Source: Candidatus Hermodarchaeota archaeon
GTDB taxonomy: Archaea > Asgardarchaeota > Hermodarchaeia > Hermodarchaeales > Hermodarchaeaceae
NCBI GenBank assembly: GCA_016839805.1
Contig: JAEOTO010000009.1
Coordinates: 8,369-72,368, forward strand
Reading direction: 5' to 3'
Length of the DNA stretch: 64,000 nucleotides
Positions 47,788 to 57,215 of this stretch are shown here, piece after piece. The notes under the pieces are model-generated. The model ran no database searches. It was not told the origin of the DNA and was given only the letters and a program-made list of their open reading frames with translations. Made by a program: the position numbers and the translations under genes. Positions within the stretch are counted from its first letter, which is position 1. Every line of letters begins with the position of its first letter.

Positions 47788-47870
47788 CTGGAGTATTAAA
47801 GACCTAGTAAGAAAATAAACAAATTCTACTTCATCTGAAATAGTGCAATCCTCCGAGGAGGGCAATTCCG

Positions 47871-48785
47871 ATGGATGCAATCGATAAGGGTATTCTCAAC
47901 CATATGGCGAATAATTGTCGTATCACCTACCGTGAGCTTTCTTTGAAATTTGACATTTCTTCCAGTGCAATAAAAAAAAGGGTGAAAAAACTCGAAGAGA
48001 GTGGCATCATCGAAGATTACGGTGTAAATCTATCCCGAGCAATGACAGGAACGAACTTGCTCTTTGGGTTTCTAGCAACGGATGGGTCCCAAGATGAAGA
48101 AGACTTTGTCACTACACTTGGGAACCAAGAAATGTTAGTCGCCGCAGCTTCCTACACAGGAGGCCATTATGCACTCATCGCTGAATACCGGAACTCCCAA
48201 GATCTATGGGAGATTGGTGCTTTCCTTCGTAACTTTGATTGCGTAATAAACATCGAAACCCATCAATTGCTGAGCCTTCAGGGGTCTACGATGGAGCTTA
48301 CGAAATTGCACCTGCGTGTCATTAATGTGCTCCTCGATGATCCACGTATGTCAATTGTGGATATCGCACAAAAAACAGGATTAACATCACGAAGAGTTCG
48401 AAGATTAGTGAACGAACTGGTCGAAGGGCAAGCAGTCCTTTTTCGTTCCTTTAACGAACTTGGAGCAGCTGGCAGCATTCCTTTCTTAATGTGGATAACT
48501 TGGAATGAAAAAGAGACGGATCACAACGCTATTCGGGACTGGCTGGACAAGACATTCAACCTCTCCCTCTGGGAGAGCTTTATTTCCGCAGAAGCTCCTA
48601 TTATGATTTGCCTCCTATCGGGTGAAGATCTCACTGAAGTAGATTCCATTGCTCGAACAACACGACAGCACCCACATATACCCACAGTCACTGTGCAAAT
48701 ATCGAAACATCACCAGTATTTCCCCGGTTTAAGCTACCGAATTCTCCTCAAAACCCTGGAAGAAGCTGGGGTCCGCAAGTCATAA
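47871..48785 (+). CDS. Lrp/AsnC-family transcriptional regulator with two tandem HTH modules
   Basis: 304 aa, preceded by a GAGGAGGG SD. Two AsnC-type HTH segments: DKGILNHMANNCRITYRELSLKFDISSSAIKKRVKKLEESGII and LRVINVLLDDPRMSIVDIAQKTGLTSRRVRRLVNELVEG. Confidence 0.75.
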   Translation: MDAIDKGILNHMANNCRITYRELSLKFDISSSAIKKRVKKLEESGIIEDYGVNLSRAMTGTNLLFGFLATDGSQDEEDFVTTLGNQEMLVAAASYTGGHYALIAEYRNSQDLWEIGAFLRNFDCVINIETHQLLSLQGSTMELTKLHLRVINVLLDDPRMSIVDIAQKTGLTSRRVRRLVNELVEGQAVLFRSFNELGAAGSIPFLMWITWNEKETDHNAIRDWLDKTFNLSLWESFISAEAPIMICLLSGEDLTEVDSIARTTRQHPHIPTVTVQISKHHQYFPGLSYRILLKTLEEAGVRKS

Positions 48786-48804
48786 GTTCAAGATTAAAAC
48801 ACCC

Positions 48805-49626
48805 TTACATGAAATCGCTTCGTTTGTAAATGCGCTTTTTATACCGATATTCATCAACGCTAAGCGAATCCATCACGGTTAATGGCTCCTTTTTAACTAG
48901 ATTTCGACATGCTCGATATGCAATCCAATAGGAATTCGTATCTCCATTAGAGACAAGTTCCTTTACTATGGTAATGACGAGTTCTGGGAGTCGTCGTGCC
49001 AAATCGCTGAGGTTATTTCCAACAGATGTCCGAGGATAAGCTAAGGGTTCTCGAAACAGTAATCTAAGAATGGATAAAGAATACTCAGGCTTTCTGTATA
49101 TCCACTGGTTCTCTTGCACAGGACGCAGTGTTTCTGCAACAAAGCGACGATGATTCGGATTATCAGATTTCGCTAACTTACACAGAAAGGATTTGACCTC
49201 CATTGGATACTTTTGGGTGAGCTTGCGGAAAAACATCTGAGCAAATTCTCGGATTTCCCAATCCTCTCCTGCAGCTGTGAGTTCAAAATAGGAAAACACG
49301 CGTTGATATTCCTCTAACCCATAATAGGAGAGGATGCCCAGGGCGACGCCCCTACTTCGAGCCTCGCTACTCAATTCAAAAATTCGTGACGCAACATCAT
49401 AGACGGGCAACTGGGCATCCATGAATTGACTGTATAGATATTTGCTAAGAACCTTAATCGTGTACACTCGACCAAACGAACTACGACGCTTATCCGGAAT
49501 GTTCGTATACAGCTTATCGAGAATAGAAGGTAAGTTAATTATTGCTGAATTAAAGTCCCCATGCTGAATTGGATGAAGGATTCTGTCAGTTATGGTGCTC
49601 TTGATGTGCAAATCTAGGATGTCCAT
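48805..49626 (-). CDS. HEAT-repeat DNA-alkylation-repair-enzyme-like protein (AlkD/COG4335-like)
   Basis: The C-terminal HRRFVAETLRP...PRTSVGNNLSDLARRLPELV resembles that family. Start set at ATG 49626, because the longer ORF (to 49983) would overlap the tfb gene and its promoter. Confidence 0.55.
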   Translation of the reverse strand: MDILDLHIKSTITDRILHPIQHGDFNSAIINLPSILDKLYTNIPDKRRSSFGRVYTIKVLSKYLYSQFMDAQLPVYDVASRIFELSSEARSRGVALGILSYYGLEEYQRVFSYFELTAAGEDWEIREFAQMFFRKLTQKYPMEVKSFLCKLAKSDNPNHRRFVAETLRPVQENQWIYRKPEYSLSILRLLFREPLAYPRTSVGNNLSDLARRLPELVITIVKELVSNGDTNSYWIAYRACRNLVKKEPLTVMDSLSVDEYRYKKRIYKRSDFM

Positions 49627-49703
49627 CGAAGCCACAGATTCCCTTTGAAAAGTTCGTGGTTTATAAGTGGGAGTTGATGTTTTTGGTGCTATTATTGCGG
49701 TGC

Positions 49704-49711
49704 TATAAAAA
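49704..49711 (+). promoter_or_regulatory. Archaeal TATA box (TATAAAAA) of the tfb gene
   Basis: TATAAAAA lies 18-25 nt upstream of the first in-frame start candidate (TTG 49729), in the 100-bp divergent spacer. Confidence 0.45.
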
Positions 49712-49728
49712 GCCGCTAGCGCTTTTCT

Positions 49729-50676
49729 TTGGGTGAGGTTAAAGGCTTCTTGACAGTAGAGTATAGCAATAATTCGGCAGTCGCAGCAAAACATGCTGAT
49801 GTAACGCGCTGCCCAGATTGTAATTCTCAAGATATTGTCCATGACCCACAACGGGGTGAACTTATCTGCACGGGCTGTGGAATGGTTCTTTCCGAAGCAT
49901 TGATTGATCCCCGCGCTGGGGTTCGAGCATTTACACCGGAAGAAAAAGCACAGCGAAGCACGAATGGGCTTCCGCTTTCTCAAATGCTTCCTGATTATGG
50001 TTTATCCACGAAAGTTTCCAAGCGTATAAATGGGAATGGCGTGTCTGCTGAACGGGCAGGTCGCCTTGAACGAATCTTGCGATGGAACTCCCGGTCAACC
50101 TGGCGGAGACGAAACTTCACGATTGCATTCACCGAGATTCGACGAATGGCAGAAAAGCTAAGCATTCCCGGACATATTCGAGAAACCGCAGCTATTTACT
50201 ACCGAAAGGCTTACAAACACGATCTCTTGCGCGGTCATAGTATCAAAGCTATGGTGGCGGCCTGCGTGTTTGCTTCTGCAAAAACCTGTGGTTTCCCCCT
50301 AACGTTAGAGAATGTTTTGAAAACTTCAGGTGAAGAAGATCGCGTCATTAAACGCTGTTATGTCCTGTTGGTGAAAACGCTAAATTTGAAACCTAAGCGC
50401 CAGAATCTTGCATCTATCGTCCCACGCTTCGCTAACCACCTCGGCCTATCAGCTCCGGTAGAGCAACGGGCAATAGAAATCCTCGGGATAACATCGGAGA
50501 AACTTCAACTATCTGGCAAAGACCCGAAAGGCTATGTTGCCGCGGCTATCTATCTTGCAGCCAAACAACTTGGTGAAACCCGCTCTCAACAAGCCGTTGC
50601 TTCGGCTCTTGGAATAACCGAAGTCACACTACGCTCACGACAACGTGAGATTGCTAAGATTATCACATTCAATTAG
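49729..50676 (+). CDS. tfb: Transcription initiation factor TFB (TFIIB homologue)
   Basis: N-terminal zinc ribbon CPDCNS...CTGCG, then two cyclin-fold repeats. There is no in-frame ATG before the zinc ribbon. The start is TTG 49729 or TTG 49750, the latter preceded by GGTGAGGT. Confidence 0.9.
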   Translation: MGEVKGFLTVEYSNNSAVAAKHADVTRCPDCNSQDIVHDPQRGELICTGCGMVLSEALIDPRAGVRAFTPEEKAQRSTNGLPLSQMLPDYGLSTKVSKRINGNGVSAERAGRLERILRWNSRSTWRRRNFTIAFTEIRRMAEKLSIPGHIRETAAIYYRKAYKHDLLRGHSIKAMVAACVFASAKTCGFPLTLENVLKTSGEEDRVIKRCYVLLVKTLNLKPKRQNLASIVPRFANHLGLSAPVEQRAIEILGITSEKLQLSGKDPKGYVAAAIYLAAKQLGETRSQQAVASALGITEVTLRSRQREIAKIITFN

Positions 50677-50794
50677 TGGCCTCAACGACCCTAGTTTATG
50701 ACAGAAACATTTCCCAACAAGTCTTAAAACACCCAAGGGTATTGCAATTCTACATGTTGATTCAAATACTGAGTCAACAGAACATTTCGACCTT

Positions 50795-52174
50795 GTGGTG
50801 CGACATTTGGCAGGTACCTCTTTGGATTCGTTATTTCAACCAAAGTCTATTGCAATTATTGGGGCCTCCGATAAACCTGATCGCATTGGGTTCCAAGTCA
50901 TAAAGAGTCTCCAATTAGGAGCGTTTCAAGGAACAATTTATCCTGTAAATCCACGACTCAAAGCGGTACTCAAATTTCCTGTCTACGCATCGATAGAAGC
51001 GGTACCGGGAGAAATTGATTTAGCAATCATCGTGCTACGCAAAGATCGAGTATTAGATGCTATTGATGCCTGTGGCCGCAAGGGTGTTCGATCTGTCATT
51101 GTAATGAGCTCAGGCTTTAGTGAGTTGGGAGATGATGCTACAGAGCAAGCCCTAGTACAACAAGTGCATCAGTATGGCATGCGAATGCTGGGTCCTAATT
51201 GTGCAGGATTTGCTTCAACATGGGAAGGAATCTATGCCAGTTTTGAAAATCGGTTACAAAAGGGTCATGTGGCATTTATTTCACAAAGTGGCGCCATGTG
51301 CGCCGTTATCCTTGCTCTAGCGCGAGCTGTTGGGCTAGGATTTAGTTTATTCGTCAGTTATGGGAACCAAGCGGATATTGGTCCTGAAGAAATTCTCCAA
51401 TATTTAACTGCTCATACTCCTACGAAGTTAATTGGCTGGTATCTTGAAGGTATTACTACTGCGCATCAGTTTATTTCGAAGGCAAAATCTCTTTCACGTC
51501 AAAAACCTTTAGTTGTGTTAAAACCTGGAGAAACGCTCCAAGCTACCCGTGCTATCCGCTCACATACAGGTACAATAGCAGGGGAACAGGCAATATATGC
51601 TGGTGCATTTCGGCAATCAGGGATTCTCCAAGCAACTAACCTTGACGAGTTTATCGACGCTTGTCAAATCTTAGCTACACAGCCTTTACCAAAGGGGAAT
51701 CGAGTTGGAATTATTACAAACAGTGGCGGCCCTGGGGTGCTAGCAGTAGATGCTTGTGCACAAATGAGGCTTGATGTGACACCTTTTCCTGCGCCACTGA
51801 TCACAAAACTTGAGGAAGTCTTGCCTCCCTTTTACCCAATGGTGAACCCTGTCGATGTAGGGCCAGAAGGAACCCCTGAGACCTACCAGCATATAACCAA
51901 ACTTCTCCTGGATAATTCAGGTCTTGATATGGTGTTAGTATTGTGTGTTCCAACAGTCTTTTCGTCAATTCATTCGATCTCGAAAAGCATTATTTCAGCA
52001 AAAAAAACTAACTCGAAAAAACCCTTAGTTACGTGCTGGTTAGCCGGTGATATTGTTGAAGAAGGACTACCTCTTCTCATACAAGCTGGTATCCCTAATT
52101 TTCCAACTCCTCAACGAGCCGCGAAAGCATTACAATTTTTACACCATCGTGCTAACTGGCTTCGTTCACATTAA
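50795..52174 (+). CDS. ADP-forming acetyl-CoA synthetase alpha subunit / CoA-binding protein
   Basis: 459 aa with a GTG start. LFQPKSIAIIGASDKPDRIG CoA-binding N-terminus, GPNCAGF motif, phosphohistidine-loop-like SHTGT. Confidence 0.8.
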   Translation: MVRHLAGTSLDSLFQPKSIAIIGASDKPDRIGFQVIKSLQLGAFQGTIYPVNPRLKAVLKFPVYASIEAVPGEIDLAIIVLRKDRVLDAIDACGRKGVRSVIVMSSGFSELGDDATEQALVQQVHQYGMRMLGPNCAGFASTWEGIYASFENRLQKGHVAFISQSGAMCAVILALARAVGLGFSLFVSYGNQADIGPEEILQYLTAHTPTKLIGWYLEGITTAHQFISKAKSLSRQKPLVVLKPGETLQATRAIRSHTGTIAGEQAIYAGAFRQSGILQATNLDEFIDACQILATQPLPKGNRVGIITNSGGPGVLAVDACAQMRLDVTPFPAPLITKLEEVLPPFYPMVNPVDVGPEGTPETYQHITKLLLDNSGLDMVLVLCVPTVFSSIHSISKSIISAKKTNSKKPLVTCWLAGDIVEEGLPLLIQAGIPNFPTPQRAAKALQFLHHRANWLRSH

Positions 52175-52251
52175 CCCTATTACGTCTCATCTAGTGTGCC
52201 CATAAGACTAAAATTGTGAAGGTGTGTCGGAACTCGTGGAGGATTCCTCAA

Positions 52252-54054
52252 ATGCGTATTGCTGTATTAGACCCTCGAGCCTGTAACCCTGCAAAGTGCA
52301 CTAGAGAGTGTCAGCGTTTCTGTCCTCCTCAGCGAATGGGGGATGAGGTGGTCATATTTGATAAAAAAAAGAAAGATAGCCAGCCACGTATTGTGGAACT
52401 CCTCTGTACTGGCTGTGGAATCTGTACTCGGAAGTGTCCCTTTAGAGCTCTCCGAATTATTAATCTCGCCGATGAATTAGACACGGACACCTCTCATCGC
52501 TATGGTCCTAACAGCTTCAAACTTTTCCGCCTGCCAATACCTACACCTGGTTCCGTGACGGGGTTAGTAGGAGCGAATGGGACAGGAAAATCCACTGCGC
52601 TCAAAATTCTCGCTACCCAATTACGCCCCAATCTTGGTAATTTCGAGGAACCTCCAGATTGGCCAGATATAATTCGCCATTACCGTGGATCGGGTTTACA
52701 GCCCTATTTTGAACAAGCCTCACATGGTGGCCTTACTGTTGCCTACAAACCGCAGAATGTCACATCAATCTCTGAAGCCTATCAAGGTTCAGTGCAACAA
52801 CTCCTTGAGGCTACAAATGAACGCGGTAAACTACGAGAACTCCTGACTCAACTGGAACTGAAAAGCGTTCTACAACGTGACGTATCTGTCCTCAGTGGTG
52901 GAGAACTACAACGGGTGGCTATCGCTGCTGTAATGGCACGCGATGCCGACGTATATCTAATTGATGAACCCACTTCTTACCTGGATGTCTATCAACGTGT
53001 TCGCGCAGCCCGTGCCATTAGGTCACTAGCACAGGAAGGAAAAATGGTCATCAGTGTTGTTCATGACTTAGCAGTGGCTGACTACATCTCCGATTATGTC
53101 TGTATTTTCTACGGTGAACCCGGAGTATATGGAATTGTGTCTAATCCCCATGGTGTTCGCGAAGGTATCAATATCTATCTCAATGGTTATCTCCCTGACA
53201 GTAATGTTCGATTCAGAAATGAAGAAATTCGGTTCGAAACCCGACCACCAGCCGCTGAATATTGGGCTACCGTAGAAGTCCTTTTAGAATATGAGGCTAT
53301 GACTAAATCCTTTGAAGACTTCTCACTTCAAATCATGCCCGGACAAGTTCACCAAGGTGAAGTCATTGGTGTCCTGGGTCCCAATGGCATCGGAAAAACA
53401 ACCTTTGTCCGACTTCTAGCAAAAGATATGAAGCCTGATGAAGGTGTCCTCCCTGAAACCGATCTCAAAGTTAGTTACAAACCACAATATCTAAGCGGTG
53501 AAAGTGACGCCACGGTGATCAAGACCCTAGAAGAAGTTGGAGGGGCTAGAGTCATTACCAGCATCTTCAAATCCGATGTCTTACGACCCCTAGCACTTGA
53601 CCAACTAAAGGACCGCCAAATTAACGAACTAAGCGGTGGCGAACTTCAACGAGTTGCTATTGCAACCTGCTTAGCTCGTCCCGCAGATCTCTTTCTCTTT
53701 GATGAGCCATCAGCCTTTCTAGACATTGAACAACGTCTTGCAGCAGCTAAAGTCATTCGCTCCATTGTCCACGACCAGGGTAAAGCCGCCTTCGTTGTCG
53801 AACATGACATGGTTACCATCTCCGCTTTTGCAGATACTATCTCCGTTTTCACAGGAAAACCTGGTCTAGAAGGGTTCTGTCAAGCTCCCATTGACCTACG
53901 GATGGGCATGAACACGTTTCTCAAGGAAATGGGGGTTACATTTCGCCGCGATCACGCCACTGGTCGACCACGGGTCAATAAAGAAGATAGTCGCCTTGAT
54001 CGGGAGCAAAAGCAGCGAGGCGAATACTATTACATTAGCACTGAAGCTGAATAA
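52252..54054 (+). CDS. ABCE1 (RNase L inhibitor / ribosome-recycling ATPase)
   Basis: Start at ATG 52252 after a GTGGAGGA SD. N-terminal double 4Fe-4S domain (CNPAKCTRECQRFCPP, CTGCGICTRKCP). Two NBDs (GANGTGKST, GPNGIGKTT), each with LSGGELQR. Confidence 0.92.
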   Translation: MRIAVLDPRACNPAKCTRECQRFCPPQRMGDEVVIFDKKKKDSQPRIVELLCTGCGICTRKCPFRALRIINLADELDTDTSHRYGPNSFKLFRLPIPTPGSVTGLVGANGTGKSTALKILATQLRPNLGNFEEPPDWPDIIRHYRGSGLQPYFEQASHGGLTVAYKPQNVTSISEAYQGSVQQLLEATNERGKLRELLTQLELKSVLQRDVSVLSGGELQRVAIAAVMARDADVYLIDEPTSYLDVYQRVRAARAIRSLAQEGKMVISVVHDLAVADYISDYVCIFYGEPGVYGIVSNPHGVREGINIYLNGYLPDSNVRFRNEEIRFETRPPAAEYWATVEVLLEYEAMTKSFEDFSLQIMPGQVHQGEVIGVLGPNGIGKTTFVRLLAKDMKPDEGVLPETDLKVSYKPQYLSGESDATVIKTLEEVGGARVITSIFKSDVLRPLALDQLKDRQINELSGGELQRVAIATCLARPADLFLFDEPSAFLDIEQRLAAAKVIRSIVHDQGKAAFVVEHDMVTISAFADTISVFTGKPGLEGFCQAPIDLRMGMNTFLKEMGVTFRRDHATGRPRVNKEDSRLDREQKQRGEYYYISTEAE

Positions 54055-54072
54055 TTTCTTTCTCCCACATGA

Positions 54073-55014
54073 TTATGTCTTTTTTAATGGACCTAAGGGA
54101 CCCTGATGGTTGACCAGCACCTTCACAACATTTCGTCCTTTTGGTACGCCCAATGATCGTGCAACCGGCTCGCATTTCGTTCGAAGCAGGTGCGCCGTTG
54201 GTGCTGGTAAAGTAAATTCAGGAAGGGTTTCATGATGCCCCATACCTTTAGCAATTACCAAGTCAGTAGTCTTGAAACGGTCGAGAAACTCCTGTGAGCA
54301 CCACGGGGGTAAAACACCAACAGATCCTCCTCCAGTTGTAATAACCTCTGTGATGTCCACTAATCCTCCTGTATTCGCATCCTCAAGCATTGCATCGTTT
54401 AATACTGGTGCTCCTTTAACCGTCACTGTGACTTCAGTACCCAACTCAATTAGGGTGTTAACTAATAGACGGTCAAACACGACTTCACCTGCATTATCAG
54501 TTAAATACAGTGTAGTTTTCGATTTTTTGGCTCGCTGATAAAGCTGATCAATCTGGTCAATCGCCAAGTCCCCTTCAACTTGAGAAATTAGTTCAGCCAT
54601 ATTATCCCAAGGAATTTCATGCCCTGCCACACCATACTCGATAATATTTCCTAGTGACGCAGCCATACAAGCTCGACGAAAACGCTGTTTAAGATCTTTG
54701 ACTTGAGTTACAAAGTCCTCAAGGAAGGGAACAATCTTTAACGCAGTTTCATTTGACTCCTGCTTCAGTCTTGCGTAAGGATCGGGGCACCCTGTGATTT
54801 GTTGAATGGAATGATCCCGCAGCGTTCCCACATAAGCCGGAATCTTCTCCATACGTCCTCCCTTAGTTAGGGAATTATAGAGGATTCCAACAACTTCAGT
54901 CATAGCTTCTAATTGCAGATCAAGGTTAGGTGTTGCTAACTCAACCTCTTGAAACGCTCGAGAGATAAGACAACTCACACACTGCGAATCAATTTGCAAA
55001 AGCTTGCCTCCCAA
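54073..55014 (-). CDS. DUF89/ARMT1-like damage-control phosphatase family protein
   Basis: 313 aa. Family-typical YLTDNAGEVVFDRLL and AKGMGHHE motifs. Confidence 0.7.
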   Translation of the reverse strand: MGGKLLQIDSQCVSCLISRAFQEVELATPNLDLQLEAMTEVVGILYNSLTKGGRMEKIPAYVGTLRDHSIQQITGCPDPYARLKQESNETALKIVPFLEDFVTQVKDLKQRFRRACMAASLGNIIEYGVAGHEIPWDNMAELISQVEGDLAIDQIDQLYQRAKKSKTTLYLTDNAGEVVFDRLLVNTLIELGTEVTVTVKGAPVLNDAMLEDANTGGLVDITEVITTGGGSVGVLPPWCSQEFLDRFKTTDLVIAKGMGHHETLPEFTLPAPTAHLLRTKCEPVARSLGVPKGRNVVKVLVNHQGPLGPLKKT

Positions 55015-55097
55015 CGATGTGAGATTTCTAGCAGGAATAGCAGTTTTAAGCCTTTTAGATACGCTACGGTTATCATTTCGAAGAGATAATGAAGTAG

Positions 55098-55171
55098 CGG
55101 GCCCTCAGCGATTTGAACGCGGGACCTCCAGATTCGGAGTCTGGCGCCATATCCAACTAGGCCAAGGGCCC
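55098..55171 (-). tRNA. tRNA-Arg (anticodon CCG)
   Basis: Hand-folded cloverleaf. Acceptor GGGCCCT/AGGGCCC, anticodon arm CCAGA-CTCCGAA-TCTGG, T-arm CCGCG-TTCAAAT-CGCTG (one C:U mismatch at 50:64), discriminator G. No encoded CCA. Confidence 0.85.
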
Positions 55172-55301
55172 TTGCTTCTCGAGTGAGAAATGGAAGTCAT
55201 ATGTCCTATTAAATACGTTTAGGCATTTATCGATGGAAATGGGTCCCATACGATAGAGATTTAATTCAACTACACAGGATGATACAACGGAGTTCTCTCT
55301 A

Positions 55302-56408
55302 ATGCGTTTAGACCGTGCACAGCGGGTTATGACCCGGGAAGAAACGAGTGGCATTCTTCTTTTTAATCCCTTTAATATTCGTTATTTAACCGGGTATAGA
55401 CCTGCATGTGTACACGGGATCTCAGTAGCTGTTTTAGGTCAAGATACCGAACCCTGGCTAATTTTGCCAGAGGCGGAATTAGATCTTGCTAATGCACAGT
55501 CTTGGTTTAGCCAAGTCCACTCCTATATACCATCACAAGGTGAAGGATCCACCCAATCAACACTTCTTAATTGTATCCAGGAGGCAATTGAAGAACATAA
55601 TTTCCAATCTGTTGACATCGGCATAGAATTAGATTATATTTCAGCCCGGCGCTTTGAATACTTGAAACGCTTACTTCCGGATGCTGGCTTCAAGAATATC
55701 TCCAGTCCCATGGCGGAATTACGCATGGTCAAAGATGAAGCTGAGGTTGAGAAGATTCATACGGCTGTCCAAATCGCGGAACATGGAATACGTGCCGCGA
55801 TTGAATTTATTCAACCTGGAATTACTGAAATCGAAGTCGCTGCAGAGGTAGAGCGTACTCTAAGAAAAGCCGGAGCAACCACCACTGGTTATCCGACGGT
55901 CATTGCTTCAGGACCAAGGGCGGCTTGCCCTTATGCAGCTGCTAGTCGTCGCGAAATCGGTTCAGGTGAATTTGTAATAATTTCGATTTCAGCAATTAAT
56001 GATGATTACTGTTCGAATTTAACACGGACAGTGATGACTGGAAAACCAAAGAAAAGCCAGCTAGCGCTTTTTGAATGTGCCAGAGACGCTGTTAATGCTG
56101 CACGGACTCAGCTTAACCCAGAAACACTAGTTCGTGATATTGCTTTGAGTATACGACGAATTGCTGATGATCGAGGAGTTCTAAAATACCTAATGCCTCA
56201 GATGGGGAATGGGATTGGACTTCAACCTATTGAACGACCACTAATATCGCCCACCAATGAGAGTCTGCTACTTCCTGGAATGGTTTTCACGATTGAGGCA
56301 AGTCTCTTCAAACCTAATGTGGGTGGAGTACGGCTTGGTGACACGATAGTATATCAAAAAAATGGCACTTATCATACGCTCAACCAAATCTCACTTCATA
56401 CTGTGTAA
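55302..56408 (+). CDS. M24-family Xaa-Pro peptidase (creatinase/prolidase fold)
   Basis: 368 aa. N-terminal creatinase-like domain (GILLFNPFNIRYLTGY) and a C-terminal pita-bread domain pattern. Confidence 0.8.
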   Translation: MRLDRAQRVMTREETSGILLFNPFNIRYLTGYRPACVHGISVAVLGQDTEPWLILPEAELDLANAQSWFSQVHSYIPSQGEGSTQSTLLNCIQEAIEEHNFQSVDIGIELDYISARRFEYLKRLLPDAGFKNISSPMAELRMVKDEAEVEKIHTAVQIAEHGIRAAIEFIQPGITEIEVAAEVERTLRKAGATTTGYPTVIASGPRAACPYAAASRREIGSGEFVIISISAINDDYCSNLTRTVMTGKPKKSQLALFECARDAVNAARTQLNPETLVRDIALSIRRIADDRGVLKYLMPQMGNGIGLQPIERPLISPTNESLLLPGMVFTIEASLFKPNVGGVRLGDTIVYQKNGTYHTLNQISLHTV

Positions 56409-56410
56409 TT

Positions 56411-57040
56411 GTGGAACTCATTTTCACTCAATATCGGTTTCTGCTATTGACGCTTCGAGAAAATATTATAATGCTTCCTTCTATTGTTGTAATGTTCACA
56501 ACACAGCCAAACGCTCTTCTCTACAAGGCGAGGTTAATGTCATACGAAAAAGAGTGTCGAAACCACCGGAAAACACTGGAGAAGCTACTAAAAGAATGCA
56601 TTGATACCCTGGAACACCCCCCCAACGTGATCGCACAAAACAATATGATTCTACTAAAGGCGATATTAGAAAAAGCCCTAATGGTCGCCGATGAAACTAT
56701 ACGTGCTGCTACACTTCAACCAACTGAAGTTGAATCAATTCTAGATCGCTTCTCTCAAAATACCAACCAGTATGGCACCAACCCTGCCCTTGATGAAGTT
56801 GATGCCATGCGACGGGAGATCGAAAGGTTTACTCGCGCCGTAGACATCCTGAATGCTATGCGGAAACGCCGTGAGCTCTCACATCGGCTAGTAGGGCACG
56901 ATCCCCGTTTAATGGGACCCTGGGCTCGTTGGGTAAGAACCCTGGAAGGTTATAAAATCAATCAGGATATCAGCGAAAAGCACCGCGAAAATCTACTTTC
57001 AGATATTGATTCCTGGCGGGAAATACTCTCAGGTACCTAG
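56411..57040 (+). CDS. Hypothetical helical protein
   Basis: 209-aa ORF with a GTG start 2 nt after the upstream stop. The N-terminal ~40 codons look atypical, so the true start may be an internal Met. Confidence 0.4.
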   Translation: MELIFTQYRFLLLTLRENIIMLPSIVVMFTTQPNALLYKARLMSYEKECRNHRKTLEKLLKECIDTLEHPPNVIAQNNMILLKAILEKALMVADETIRAATLQPTEVESILDRFSQNTNQYGTNPALDEVDAMRREIERFTRAVDILNAMRKRRELSHRLVGHDPRLMGPWARWVRTLEGYKINQDISEKHRENLLSDIDSWREILSGT

Positions 57041-57132
57041 AGACGCACACTGCTAGCCCAGACGCTAGTGCTACATTATTAAGCAAAGTCTTTAAAGGCA
57101 ATTTTAACACCCTACAACAATACTCGAAACAA

Positions 57133-57209
57133 GGGCCCGTGGCCTAGTTGGATATGGCGCTGGATTGCGGATTCAGAGATCCGGGGTTCAAATCCCCGCG
57201 GGCCCGCCA
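57133..57209 (+). tRNA. tRNA-Arg (anticodon GCG), CCA encoded
   Basis: Hand-folded. Acceptor GGGCCCG/CGGGCCC, anticodon arm CTGGA-TTGCGGA-TTCAG, T-arm CGGGG-TTCAAAT-CCCCG, discriminator G, then genomic CCA. Confidence 0.9.
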
Positions 57210-57215
57210 TTATTT

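Noticed and set aside
49627-49983. A 119-codon N-terminal extension of the AlkD-like ORF (48805..49983)
   Set aside because: It would overlap the tfb coding region and its TATA box on the opposite strand. The translation is Cys/Phe-rich with no homology pattern. The internal ATG 49626 gives a sensible protein.
50676-50903. A 75-aa ORF between tfb and the acetyl-CoA synthetase alpha gene
   Set aside because: It overlaps the 5' end of the much better supported 50795..52174 gene in another frame and has no motif or RBS.
55004-55354. ORFs 55004..55186 (+) and 55157..55354 (-) across the tRNA-Arg(CCG) locus
   Set aside because: They overlap a well-folding tRNA gene and the DUF89 and M24 gene ends, so they are spurious.
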